DNA of 64,000 bases, taken from Marsupella aquatica. Its lineage: Eukaryota > Plantae > Marchantiophyta. Shown in pieces: positions 1 to 13,044 of the stretch. The stretch covers positions 22,525,722-22,589,721 of the forward strand of contig OZ316896.1 of the NCBI GenBank assembly GCA_973895155.1. The letters are read 5' to 3'. How positions within the stretch are numbered: the first letter of the stretch is position 1; every line of letters begins with the position of its first letter. The notes beneath the pieces were generated by a model, which made no database searches, was not told the origin of the DNA, and worked only from the letters and a program-made list of their open reading frames with translations. The position numbers and the translations under genes are program-made.

Positions 1-175
1 GTACTTCTGTGAGCTACGCAATTAGTGTTACTAACACTACCTCCGGTAAGCAGTTTAGTTCTAAATTCTAGGACGCAATCAAAATCCACGGGCATGTCTA
101 TCCTATCGGAGACCACAACCATATTATCAGTTATTCGATAGCAAGGTTTGTTGTAAGAAATTACAAGCTGATTTC
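1..175 (-). repeat. Local direct duplicate of the 3' end of the last HNL exon (runs off window edge)
   Basis: 1-175 aligns with ~344-517 and ~29911-30081; it breaks at 'aagctgatt', which recurs at ~242. Confidence 0.8.
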
Positions 176-338
176 ATGCAAATCAAATGGTAATCATGCA
201 AATCAAATGTTTTGATTACCATGCGCCGGCTTACAAAACTCAAGCTGATTTCAACAATTTGTATTATTGGTAACACTAATTTAATCACTATTAGTAAGAC
301 TACTTCAAGAGGGATTCAAATCTCTGTGACCTACACAA

Positions 339-3300
339 TTAGTGTACTCTGTGAGCTACGCAATTAGTGTTACTATCACTAACTCCAGTAAGCAGTTTAG
401 TTCTAAACTCCAGTGCGCAATCAAAATCCACGGGGGCCATGTCTCCCCTCTTGGAGACCACAACCATATCATCGGCTATTCGATCGCAAGGGTTGTTGTA
501 AGAAATTACAAGCTGATATCGAACGTTCAATTCTAAAAGCATATCGGGCTCACAATCTTCATGAATATCTCCCTCAAAAATCACCGGATCCTCAGTGTCT
601 GCAAAGTGAAGACCAAGGGCATCCTCTAAATCATAGAAGATACGATTATTTACATCACACCGTAACTCTAAAGTTGTACTGAATCCACGTTCAGCACCTT
701 TGGGATAATTTGGCGAGACTGCCATCCACACAAGGTCATCCTGCCTTCCTGGTTGACCATTTTCGGCAAGCAACTCACAAGTTTCAAGTACTCGACGACA
801 TTCGCGCCAATTGTCTGACTTTCGAACGAACAGGCTTATCGGTTCGGCAGAATCCTCTGTGCCTTCGCTATGTTTGATACATGCATCCACATTGACGCGC
901 ACACATCTCAAAACCGCTGTATTGGTTTGTGGATGCGCGTCTCCTCCCATGCTTACCGCTCCTTCGATCTTTGAAAATTTAATACATACTGTCTGGTGGC
1001 CATTATCACTTTTGTGGCAACAGCTGAAAGTGGTATTTACACTTACAGTTAGGGAGACATCGCTAGATTCACTCGGGGCAGGAAACTGGTCAACTGTTGG
1101 CATTGAGATACTTTTGTCAGCTCCGGTTCGCATACATAGTCCTTCACGTTTCTTTGGCATGGTGATGTAGGAGTCCCCAACTGCTCGCCTTGTTGAAAAC
1201 GAAGATGTAGATGGCTCGTGTGTACCGGGGGGTGAACAAGAAACCTTTAAATGTTGCGGACGGCACGGACACTTCACATCTCGATTCTGGCCTGCAACAT
1301 CCGAATTCGCATCTTCATGTTATTACTACCAATTCTTACGTTCAAGTCTCTATAACCAATAACAGTCAATGGCCAAGTTCTCCGGTCCAAGTAACATGTC
1401 AATCTCTTGTTTATCCTCAGATGAGAGCAGGGTTCGGAACTTCCCGATACTAACTGAGGTCTCCAAGCACACTGAACAGTTGTAACAATCCCAAGGTTGG
1501 TTGACTTTGGTGGAACTTACAAATGATCATATCCTCACGACCTTACAGCATACTACGATATTCAACTTGAGAAATTCTGAGCAGTTGGAAGGTAATTTAG
1601 AGTAGATTGGCATCTTATTCGCACAGGATTATTCTCAAACCGAACATAGATAGGCTGACTTACTTTCTTGAATCGTACTTGTCACAGCAGAAGTTTTATT
1701 GCCATCGACAGTCGAGCCATGCAGGTTATCTGCAGAGGAACTCCCACTTATTTGAAATGTCTTTGAGCTTTCCACACCACCGACAATACCCTTCTTCTGA
1801 CATGAGCTCGAGCTTTCACTCCGATTACTTGGATTGTTATGAACATGACCTCGTAGCCTCTCATAGTAAGTTTCTGTGCTTGTCTGGTGTATTTGTGAGT
1901 ACCCAGCTTTTGAAAGGACAGACCGCAGATCCTCCATTTCGTGATCAGATAGTGTAGAAATCCACTGGGTGCTTACAGAATAGTTGCCCGTGCTAGTATC
2001 CCTCACTGCTGTCTTGAAGGATTCTAATCTATCATTAGAATCGCCATTGAGAGGCTTTCTCTTGTAAGGGAGGCTCTTTGGGGCATCCACGCAGGTAGTC
2101 TGACCACTTTGCTCCGGAGTTGACTGTATTTCATCTTCAACCGAGAAAGTACTCAATTGAGGATCAACAAAATCACCTGGACAAGCATTCAAACTAAGAA
2201 AGTCAGACACTATCAAAGTAATCATTCAAAACAATGTTGCTCAAGAAAGAGAGAAATACGCTGTTGAATTGAATAGTGGCATCCTCATGTCTCTTTTCGA
2301 TCCTGGAATAGAGGTTCTTGAAACTAGAGAGCTCCAATTCCTAGGTACAATAACTCTTGGATGGAACGAGGAAACCTTGAGCTCAATCGGACCAAAAAGT
2401 CTAAAACATAGGAATGAAATTCACTTCATCTTTTGCAGGATGTCTGTCTCGTCCATTTCTTTTCAAAAATGTCATTATGATCGACGAATTTAACATCATC
2501 CAAATGCGTGCTCGCCAAGATAGACAGTAAAATAAGACTTACTTGTTCGGACCATTTGGGTTGCCAAGTGGAATTGTTTTTCATCAGTATCTGCGTACTG
2601 TTCAATCTTGCCCACGCAGCCACTGTCGTTAGATACTACTGCCTTATTCACATCTTCACGGCGAAAATCATTATTTTCAGTTGCGCATGATGGATCATTG
2701 CATATAGTTAAAACATGCACGCCGTCATCGATTCTCTCGTAAACCATTGCGGTATCAGTCTGATAAATTTCTGTATACCCGGTTCTCCGAAGCACTGACA
2801 TTAATGCGGCCTTTTCATGCTTGTCAAGACCGAGCATCCATTCCTTGCTCACAAAGCAACCATCTCCACCGCCATTCTTGACTTCTGTTTGAAATTCTTC
2901 GAGCTCCGATCGCTCCTGCAAAAGGAACGCAATATCGCCGTCAATCCAGATTCCTTACCACTAATAGAGCAATCTATGCAACTAGTTTCCGAAAATTTAA
3001 CAATGCTCAAACACAATTTGATGTCTACAACAAGATTCTGAAAGCGTGAGAACCAACTCCATAAACAGAAAAAACAAAACCTCCAACTGAATCCTTATTC
3101 TTTGTGATCTTGACCACGTTTTTAACGCCTATTTGCATTCTTGTTGGCTTTGACAGCGTCAACAGTTAAAAAGAGTATATGATAGCGTTTTCCATTTGCG
3201 AGCCCAATCTTTGCAGTACCGAGTCAGACAGGAACGGACAGAAAGACACATGTAGCGAGAATCCCTCCGTCGATGCTACACGCCACGCTCCTGGTCTCCA

Positions 3301-6300
3301 CATCTCCGTGCTTCTGTCTCCACGAGGACAGAAGGTCTTTCCCAAACTATCTGGTACACTCTTCAATGCGCTGCAGTCCTCAAGTATCACTGTTCTCAGG
3401 GACGATATGAGCCCTAAACTGTCCGGAAGGGTCATTAAATTTCCACAATGTTCAATCCGAAGGACTTCTAGAGACCCAAGGTCACCAAGTTCTTCCGGAA
3501 AACTGCGCAGCATTTCCGCCCAAACAGTCAGTTTCTTCAGCGCCTGAAGCTGCCCTATGCTGACCGGGAACCGCTGCAACCTATCCGCCCATATATACAA
3601 ATCTTCCAGTGAACAGAGGTTCCCCAAACTGTCCGGTAGCTCCTCACGGTGGTCGACATGTTTTATGATTAAGATCTTCAGAGACGAGAGCTGGCCAAAA
3701 CTATCTGGCAATCGTTGTAATTGTACGCAGTCCACCAACTCCAGTTCTTGGAGGGCAGAGAGAAGACCAAAACTGTCGGGCAGTCTTTTAAGACTTGGGC
3801 AGTGCTCCATACTTAGCAATGTAAGAGAAACTAAGTTCCCAAAGTCGTCGGGTAGCGCCTCTAGCTCGTTGGTGTCTTCTATGGTAAATTGTTTGAGAGC
3901 CCTGAGTTGGCCGAAATTGGCAGGAAATCTCTGTAATTTTCCACAGCTTTGTAACTTTAATTCTTGCAAGGCCGAGAGATTCCCGAAACTCGCCGGCAAT
4001 CTTTCAAGCCTGTTACAGTCGTGGAGACGCAAATGTGTAAGGGTACGCAAATTCCCAAAGCTGTCAGGTAGGACCTCCAGGCGCTCAGCATGTTTTATGA
4101 TCAGTCTCTCCAGAGACTTGAATTCGCCAATACTTTCCGGCAGCATCATTAGTCGCGTACACCCAATCAGCTCAAGCTCTTGCAAGGACGAAAGAAACTC
4201 AAAACTTGCAGGCAGCCTGTCTAGACTGTCACACGCTTCTAGAGATAGAGATCTAAGGGACGATAAGCTCTCATGCAAGTAGAATTGTCTCCTTTCCGTA
4301 GTCTGTTGACTGCTAAGGCTCCCGCAACCTATGATGCGCAGATCCGTCAGCGAAGAGAGGCGCCCAAAGGATTCGGGCAGACTTGCAAGCATGGAACAAT
4401 TGAGAATGACTAATGTTGCCAGGGAGGAGACATTCCCAAAAGATTTGGGCAGCTCCACAAGTTCTGACATCCCGGATAAGAGCAAAACTTTGAGGGCCGA
4501 AAGGTTGCCGAATGAATGCGGCAGTGCAGTAAACCTGACATTAGTCAACTCCAACCATTTCAGTTGGCACAGATCACCAACATCGTCCGGAAGACGGGAA
4601 GGCCCCCGGATATCATAGAGAGATAAATAGCTCAGGTTGGTGAGCTTCCCCAACGCTTCAAGACTTTCCTCCCGCATTTCCCAGCGTTCGAGCTGTAAGA
4701 CAGCTAAGTTATTCATGTCCTCCAGACTGATAGGGAGGAGGGGCCACTGCTGGTAAATCGGAGGAGTGCATCTTAGTAAGCAAAGCTTTCTGGGAAAGGT
4801 TTTGCTGGAGCCTTCGGGTAAAATATGAACCAGCTCCAAGTACTTCAGTCGTTCCAACTTATCCAGCAGTCCTAACTGAAACTTTTGGATTGGACCGCGG
4901 AGTTGCAGAATACTTGTCTGCGACAAAGTACGTCTCAAATAAGACTTCTTTTACCGAAAAGGTTCAAAAAACAGATACTCTGTTACAGGTATGACCTGAA
5001 ACTTAATCCCTAATTAATTTTTTTACCGCTTCAAGAAAACTCTACAAACTCTTGGCAGTGCTATTCTTCAATTGCATACTACCAAATCATCGACACTGAT
5101 TTTTGCCTCAAAATTGCTTCAGAAACTTACCGCATTTGCATTGAGAAGATCCACTGCTCTGTCCTCATGTCCAATACACATTGATATGATGACCCCCTTG
5201 GAGAGACGACGGCCCAAATCACGCAGCTGTTCGTGGACCCACACTTCCTTGTATTTGATGTCCTTCTGCCAGGTCTCATCCCATTCAGTTTTGTCGACTT
5301 CCTTCACGACGGACCTCCTCAGCAAGTTGGCCCACCTCATTTGTGAATATTCAAAAGAAGTGCTCCAAGCAGCAAGGGCTATCTCTACCGGCTGCCTAAA
5401 AAAACAAGTCGCTGCTTCGATGAACATTCCTTGCTCTTCCAAACCCTAAACCCTAAACCCTAAACTTCCAAACTCATCCAATCTAGGCAGAATTCTGACT
5501 TGAACTTCGGAGTCAACATCATCCATCGCGATCAGAGACTTCTTCATCTGAACATCGAACCATTGCAAGGCATTGTCGTCCACCCTACTTCCATTCCGAC
5601 GAAAAAGGCAGAGTACCCGCTCACTTAATTTGTGCACTTCAATGCCTTTGACATTGTCCACAAAGCATGTATACTCTAATTGTTGAGACATGTTATTACG
5701 AAGCTGCTTGGCAATCGTGGTTTTCCTGATGCCAACCATACCCACAATTCCTAGAACAGGAATATTTGCGAGCTTCTGTTGAACCTCGAAAACACGCCTC
5801 TCCAAAGACGTAGGATAATGTGGGAGCCCGTACACCATTGCCTGGAAACATCGATACAATAAGTTAAGTCACAGATGATTTTGTTAAGGTAGTTAAGAAA
5901 ATTGTCTGAAGAGACAGAAAGTTGTCGGACACACTTTCTTCCTCTTCCTCGCTTGGTGGTGTTAGTAGTGCCCTTCTTCTGCAGGTGTCGAAGCTACCTT
6001 ATAATCAACACTCCGTAGCAGTTAGCCGAGGGACTCTGAAGTCGCAGACGGTACTCCTTACCAACCGTGGGACTCTAATGGTAGTGCCTGATTGCGATGA
6101 ATTCAGATGGCCCTTGCAATAACTCTATCAAACTTGTATCTTATCAAATGTCTTCTACTTCGGTACTACCAGAAGATCTCTATAAAGCGTGGAAGAATTT
6201 CCAAGAAGGAGGCTGTTGAAGTACACAATGCTAGGATTACAATTGACGTAAACTTGACGGAAAGTACAACTTTGACATAAATTGCCAAGCGGAACACACT

Positions 6301-7368
6301 TTGAAGTTTGCAATAATCTGTCCAGACTGGAACGAATGAGAGCTATGCCTACAGTAGTTTACTGCTTCTGAGAAAAAAAAGGTAAAAAGCTCTAAACATG
6401 AAGGGTCACTTTTTAAAATAATGGGTTACCCAGGTAGTCTTGAGAAGCAACAAATTTTCATCAGCCAATGGACATCGTTGTTTTTTCTGATGGTGATGGT
6501 AGTCGATGCAGACATCGAACACATATTAACAGAACGGTATTGCAGTAGAAAAACACACCTCCAACATATACAATCTATTTCAGGGATCGAGGTACTGCAC
6601 CTTTGAATCAGAGGCAACGCCCTGAAGAAACTTGTCAGGGCAAAGAACCTTCTACAAGTCTGTTCCATCGGTCTAGAACCAGAGTATCCAAAACTCAAAA
6701 TATGGAGACTAGAAAATGATGTGCTTACAAATCTCCCTTATTTTCCAATTCCAACGGCTCCAGGGCAACTTGCCTCAACAATCATCTAAGCAGGAGTACA
6801 TTAGGAAAAACCGTGGGAAGAGTAGTCCGTGTTATTTCCAAAGATTTTTCTGAATGAATGCATATGTAGAGGACTCTTCCCCTCAGCAAATTATTACTAG
6901 ATTTGGTAAATAGATCGCTTTTTCATATCGATTCATTCAATCAAGTTAAAGTGGAACTACAACTTACCGATTTGGTTCGAAGATCTTCTCCGAGTCCTGC
7001 AATTTGCCACATCTTGTATTGTCCATGTTGTCCGCAAAGATTGTCGAAATCAAAATTGACTCTTGCTCTCTGTGTACTAACTACTCTTATTTTAAAACGT
7101 TCCACCTTCACAACTCTTAATGACACTAGCATCGTAAGAAACAGACAGAATGCCGGGCATCACGAAACTTCTCCACCAGCCAAGTTTGTGGCCAAATGGA
7201 GAATCCGTCTCCACATTTCCATGTAGGCAAATGGTTATCCCTATAATCCTCGTGTTGGAATCCATGGAAAAAGAAGACTTCCATGCTTGGTTCGCCGCGC
7301 GGACTATATAGTTCGTACACATAGTCAGTCAATTGAGACACCTGATAACGCAAACCCAAGTGGTCCAA
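339..7368 (-). pseudogene. Hydrolase-NB-ARC-LRR (HNL) pseudogene, copy 1
   Basis: ATG changed to TTG at 7368; hydrolase exon frameshifted with ~310 bp deletion near 7080-7097; P-loop degraded to GMVGIRKTT; 380 bp NB-ARC deletion with telomeric filler giving TAG at 5446-5448. LRR exon and the three 3' exons remain open. Confidence 0.9.
5441..5465. repeat. Interstitial plant telomeric repeat (CCCTAAA/TTTAGGG), ~3.5 units
   Basis: aaaccctaaaccctaaaccctaaac read directly; absent from copy 2. Confidence 0.9.
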
Positions 7369-8953
7369 GTTACTAATCTATGCACAATTTGGTACAGAAT
7401 GCCAAATCAGTTGGGGTAAGATTGAATCTTTCCAAAGATGAGAGACTGAGACGAGTCGCAGACTGTAAATCTTGCTACCCATGTGACAAAGAAGCACGGT
7501 TTAGGTCCCAACAGCAATTGAGAAAATCAAAACATGGAACCATTCACAAGCTCGTAAAGAGAGATCAACAACCAGGACTGTGCATAATACAAGTATTACC
7601 ATGGGCCGGTTTACAAAACTCATAGGGCGCAAAAGTTGCAGCAAGCTCAGACTAAAATCTTACAGCAAGCTCCGCAAATACTTCACTGACGCATTGGTTC
7701 GGAATAACTGCAGACATTCAGGACATGTAATCTGGATCGCCGGCTCTTGGATGACAACAGAATGGTCCGGGAATGCAGCACGGTTACTTTAACTCTTTTT
7801 GATGCATCGACGTGTTGCCCTGATCTGCTTAGAGGTCGTAGACTTGGCAGAAGCCCCGAAGTTTGCAGTGACGCACATCTTTCCCAGGAAGTACAAAATG
7901 GATACGTTTTCACCGATCACACCTGCGGAAGTTTTTTGACTGTGCCAGTAATGGTCAGCAAACTTCGGGGCAGCAAGTAAAAAGTAGCCACATTCTACCA
8001 AAGAAAATTCTCGGGACACTATTCTTCGAAGCACCAAGGCTATGTTGTTGTCATAGATACATAGCACAGAATTGGCCCCAACTGATCCAAGAAGTATTAT
8101 CTGCGATGCCAAAGAAAGCTAGCCTATGTGTAGATTTCTTCAAGGCAGCCCAGAATAAGCTAGCGGATGACCAGTTTTATAAAGTGAGTAAGTTTCCTCA
8201 TGATACAAAAGTGACATACACCACAGAGAGCTAGAGGATGTAAGTGGCGTCCGGAACTCTAAAACGACATCCCTTGTCCAAAATCCAAATGGGGAGAGTA
8301 CAGACTCTACCTGTACCCACGAGAGGAGCTACCGCCAGTTAGATGAACAGGTTGGATCACCTGAAGAACCAGACCCACCGGAGGTTCGAGTAGAGAATTG
8401 AACACCCAGCTAAATCAAATCCGGCACCTCACAGTGTTCTAGCAGATTCACCTCCGCTGTCGGTTCTGGTATGGGACTGCCGAGAAGTCCAGCAGGATTG
8501 CAATTACCTGCAGAGTTCGGATGCTGGTGACTAAACGATACCTAATAAGCTTTTGGAACTTGCTGATTCACACACATGACGCAAACAACTACGGAGTAAA
8601 GCATCAGCCAACAGATACCTCCTTCACTGGCAGCAAATCCGAACTGCAACATAAACCATTAAACGAGCATCTACTGCAGGCTTCCCCTCCCCTCCACGCT
8701 CACCTTGCTCAGGCAAACTTGAACAGGGGTTCAACGCGGAGGACGTACACCCTCACTGACTCGGAAGCCCGTTCATCTATTTGAACTTCTCCAGGCCATG
8801 GCAAATCCACCGAGATCGCGGGACTCACGAAATCTGCTCAGAAGCAGATGTAAAAGCAACAAGCAAAGAGCAGGTCTCACGCACTGGTGTCACGCACTGG
8901 TCTCACCATGCAAGTAGATCTGTCCCATCAAGACAAGAAGAAGGCCATCACGG

Positions 8954-9904
8954 TGTCGGATACTCGGATGTTTTCCACGACACTTGAACCGCACGGTTTG
9001 GTACAAAGAAGGTTTAGGGCCAACTCGCATGTGGATAGTCCTTCAGAGTGCGGCCCTTAGATTGCAACATGTCGTCATGATACTTGATGATTGTGAAATC
9101 CCGTGAGCCCCTCCTGCGGCAGGTCTGACTGCAGGTCTGGTGGGCACCCAAGGGCAAGGTCCGGAAACTTTCCGGCCCTAGCAGGTCCTGACCCATACTT
9201 TGCTAATAAAACAAACCTCAAACATGACACATGTGCTGCGCAACGGCTTCGATGGATTTACTGTGAACCCAGGATGCACCTGCTCCTTATTCCTGGTATC
9301 CCCCTTGCAAACGGCCTCGGCCCTGCATATGGCCGCTGTGAGTACTCAACACGCCCTGCATATGGCCACTTTGTTAAATAGGAAAGCAATCGACGTACAT
9401 TTGAAGAACACACCTTTCATTTGGGCAGCCAGAGCACGAGCACTGAGCAATCGGCAGTGTCCAACTGAAGCCGGTGAAAGGGAATTGAAGTACGTCTGTG
9501 CTCAACCGAGCATTGAGCAACAATCGACAGTTTTTGGGCAAGCAGAGAATGAGCGTTGAGCAATCAATAGTGTCCAACGCAAGCAAGTCAAGGGGATCCA
9601 AGATACGTCTGTGCTCAACCGAGCATAGAGCAACAATTGAGAGTGTTCAATTCAACCAAGTCACGTACCAAGTTGAGGTATGTTTGTGCTCGATCTCCAA
9701 TCATGTTGTGTCTCACAAATTTTGGATTATTTTGGTAGAGCGCTGTTCAGCTGAACCATCATAGCTTCAATCTATTTAACTTCAATTTGACTAGCCCACT
9801 TCAAGTCCTGCCTGAGCTTATACACTACGTACTGCCACGATCGCTTCTCAATATTCCTTCTTTCGTCTGATGTAGGCTATCTAGGTTTCCCGTGGGCTAC
9901 CCAC
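8954..9904 (+). mobile_element. Possible LTR (TG...CA) followed by a PBS-like TGGCGGCAC
   Basis: Starts TGTCGG exactly where duplication homology ends; ends ...CCCACA then tttggcggcactgc; internal repeats tacgtctgtgctcaaccgagcat. No partner LTR or TSD found. Confidence 0.35.
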
Positions 9905-10038
9905 ATTTGGCGGCACTGCAATTCTTGTATGTGGTCACATAGGAGATCGTTGCTTTATATCTTCACTCTGCTGCTTTTTAGTTTGTTCTCTCCGTTATTT
10001 GTTGGAAGATTCTTTCTCTTGTTTCTATTCTAACTGAG

Positions 10039-10263
10039 CCTGTAGGTAGATACGTACTGTAGGTGTTTAGCTTGTACTTGTGCATGTCATTATAGCCTGT
10101 GTAAGCTAGTACAAAAGACTTTACCTTATGTATGCATTCATATTTCATTGGAACCTGTAGGTACATACGTAGGTGTTTAACTTGTACTTTTGCATGTCAT
10201 TATAGCCTGTGTAAGTTAGTACAAAAGACTTTACCTTATGTGTGCATTCGTTTTTCATTGGAA
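10039..10263. repeat. Two-copy tandem repeat, ~115 bp unit
   Basis: cctgtaggta...catgtcattatagcctgtgtaag.tagtacaaaagactttaccttatg...ttcattggaa occurs twice. Confidence 0.9.
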
Positions 10264-10925
10264 TGACAGGATATACTGTACATATATCCCTGTCAATAGT
10301 CTTTGTCAACTTTGGAATAGTGAACTTTTTCCTCTTTTTCGCTTCCCTTTATTTGGTCTCGTCACTTTCAGATCCTATCCCAATGTTTGGCACTTGTTTA
10401 CTTTTGGCCATGTAAAAGTGCCCACGTCCATGTGCTCGAGGACATCTGACCCACCATCCCATGAAGCGTTTTCTGTTGTAGGCGGAGTTCTGGAAAGCCA
10501 CTGTGCCACTTGGATCCTTGTTCTCTACGCTAGCATCATCCCACAGGGATACATCCACAGTGGACACTCATTTGACCAGACTTAATTTTCAATTTTTGAT
10601 ATTTTTCGCCAGCATCATTGGACAGGGATATATCTACAGTATACACGCATTTTACTGGATCTAATTTTCAAGTTCAATTTTTGATTTTTGCGTTGCAGTG
10701 GGAACGGCAACCAGGGACCCCACGCCTTTCACAATTTTGAAATTTAGGCTTTGTATTCTACACTAACCGAGCCTGTAAGTATACAAGAGTTAGTTACTTG
10801 TATCTTATTCATTGTACTCTTCAGTTCTCTTGAGGTTGGTGTAAATTGTCATTCGGCCTAGGATGCATACTTCCAAAATGTGATTCATTGAGCTTTTACA
10901 TTCCTTTCAGAGCAAGGATAACACC

Positions 10926-11504
10926 ATGGCAAGCAAACGTGATTTGAAGGATTTTGCAAAAAATTATTTGGGGCAGTTGAAGGATGCAAAAGAGTACTTC
11001 ACACACCTCGAGTCTAAGTTTAGCAAAGAGCTGTGGCCAGCATTGCAAGCTGAGATGTCTAATTCCAGTGCCTTATGTAGAGAGACTGAACGACTGAAAG
11101 AGGAGAATCTCAGTTTGAAAGCTGAAATTCGTAAGATTCATGGAGACAATAACACGTTGGAAAACATGCAGCTTGAGGCTCTGAAGATATTGCAAAGAAG
11201 AGGTCACTCGCAGAAAATGATTTCTGTGGAAAGTCCAGGCGAAAAAAATATTGTGCCAGCAACACGTGACCCTTTGGTTCCAATCTCTCCCAATCTTTCT
11301 AAGATTGTTGGACAGAGCATAGATGTAGGGCAGAAAAACATAGTCAAAGGCAAAATGGCTATTGACATAGTAGAATCTTTGGTCTCTACTACACCTTATG
11401 TGTCTAATAGTACAGGGCCATCAATGCATGGCCCTGATGTGGTTCTGGTGAGGCCTAGAAAAAAAAGATGTGTAGATAGTGATTCTCTTGGCTTAGAGCC
11501 TTGA
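10926..11504 (+). CDS. Coiled-coil ORF; possible first exon of the Harbinger Myb/SANT gene
   Basis: 192-aa ATG ORF with heptad-like ETERLKEENLSLKAEIRKI; phase-0 donor CTG|GTGAGG at 11447 matches acceptor ttcag|ATG at 11740. Confidence 0.55.
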   Translation: MASKRDLKDFAKNYLGQLKDAKEYFTHLESKFSKELWPALQAEMSNSSALCRETERLKEENLSLKAEIRKIHGDNNTLENMQLEALKILQRRGHSQKMISVESPGEKNIVPATRDPLVPISPNLSKIVGQSIDVGQKNIVKGKMAIDIVESLVSTTPYVSNSTGPSMHGPDVVLVRPRKKRCVDSDSLGLEP

Positions 11505-11739
11505 CAATTGTTTTTACTTTTTGGTAAAAATAATTATAGTGGCTCAAAAAATTACTAAGGTTTGTCCATTTGTTGACTTGAATAAGGCTGAGATGTACTT
11601 TAAGTATCCATTTGAAATGAGATATGTGTCTTATTTTTGTCTGAATTGAGTGTGTTATTCTCACACTAAGAGGCTGTTTTGAATTATTGTTTTTGAAATT
11701 GATTATAATGTCTCTTGCATACTGCTGTGTGATGTTCAG

Positions 11740-12873
11740 ATGACGAGCCGTAATCAGAGCAACGTTAGAAGCCGAGGTCCACCTTCACGAGAACATGCTC
11801 CATTAATTGACTTGGACCTCAACATTGCTACGGGTCCTAACGGTGTACCAGAACCTCGAGTGAAGAATAAGTTGCCAGATTGGACTGATGAGGAGATGAA
11901 ATGTTTGATTGCTGCCAAGCAAAATGAACATCTCAATGTTGTCATGGATGGCTCTACACAACAGAAGATGACTAGTACCAAGTTGAAATGGAAGGCAGTG
12001 GCAAAATTTATGGAGGATGAGGGATTTACCCAACCTATCCGAGACCCAACATCTTGCAAGAAGAAGTGGCAGCTCATTGACAACAAGTTCAAAAAGATTT
12101 ATGATTATGAGAAGAAGCAGAAGACCGGGCAGATTTCTTACTTTGACATGAGTGGAGAGGAGCGACGTGAACATCAATTTCCCACTAATTTTTCTGTTGA
12201 TCTGTATGCAGAGTTGTTGGGACGGTATGCAGATGTTCCGCGCATCACACCACCCACGAAGTTTTTATCTGACACCTCTCAGATGAACCGAAATTCTCAC
12301 CAGGACCCATTCAACTTGTCATCTGGCAGTGAGCAACCTTCTCTTCCCTATGTGGTGATTTATTTTATTCATTTACATTGTACTATGGTGGATTGCTAGG
12401 CAAAAGGTTTTTGGTCACATAAATTCTCATCTTCTTTGCTTTACTAATTACAAAAGATCTTGTATTATACAGGTGATGATGATGTCGGGGTTGAGGAAGA
12501 TAGGTCTGCACCATCAAGCCAGACACACTTCTCAGAACCTGGAACACATGAGAGGACACAACAAAATACAGAGAATACAGGTGGAGTGCGAGGACCTTCA
12601 TCCCCTCAAGACTTCTCTGGCCCTAGCAATAGAAGTGTGAAGCGAGGAGCTGCCAAGTCTGGGAAAGACAAACAAGCACATCTGAAAACCATGGCTGGTA
12701 GTTGTTCTGAGATGGTTTCTGTGGCCAAGCTTGATAGTGCAAACCGAGAGCGGCAAGCAGCTGTTTTGGCAACAGCAATCACCACAGCAGCAACCACGAC
12801 AGCCGACCAGATGGAACGGATGACTGCCATTCTTGTGGAGAAGCTAACAAATCCTTCACGGCCTTCACATTAG
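11740..12873 (+). CDS. Myb/SANT-like (trihelix) DNA-binding protein of PIF/Harbinger, two exons (11740-12328, 12473-12873)
   Basis: WTDEEMKCLI...KWKAVAKFM...CKKKWQLI trihelix Trp pattern; phase-1 A|GTGAGC...acag|GT intron joins both ORFs in frame. Confidence 0.85.
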
Positions 12874-13044
12874 AGAAGCACATACTTAGTTTAGAGAAGA
12901 AACTACTTCCATTCTTGTCAAGAGTAGTACTTCAAATATAAACTTGCAATGGTGAATAAACAATGGTGTCATTTTTCATGCACAATTTGGTTTTATATTT
13001 TATTTCAAATTTGCCTTAGCATTTTTGAAAACATGAAAGAGTCA

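Larger units (their letters stand above)
245..8955. repeat. Segmental duplication unit 1 (HNL gene plus ~1.6 kb upstream)
   Basis: Colinear high similarity with 29811-39040 including introns and upstream DNA; homology ends at 'aaggccat(c/t)acggtg'. Confidence 0.95.

Noticed and set aside
3179-4618. Plus-strand ORFs over the LRR exons (also 32782-34276)
   Set aside because: Antisense shadows of LRR codon periodicity.
7380-8987. Short ORFs upstream of the HNL (also 37581-38881)
   Set aside because: No recognisable motifs and several differ by frameshifting indels between copies; likely UTR, intron or promoter DNA.
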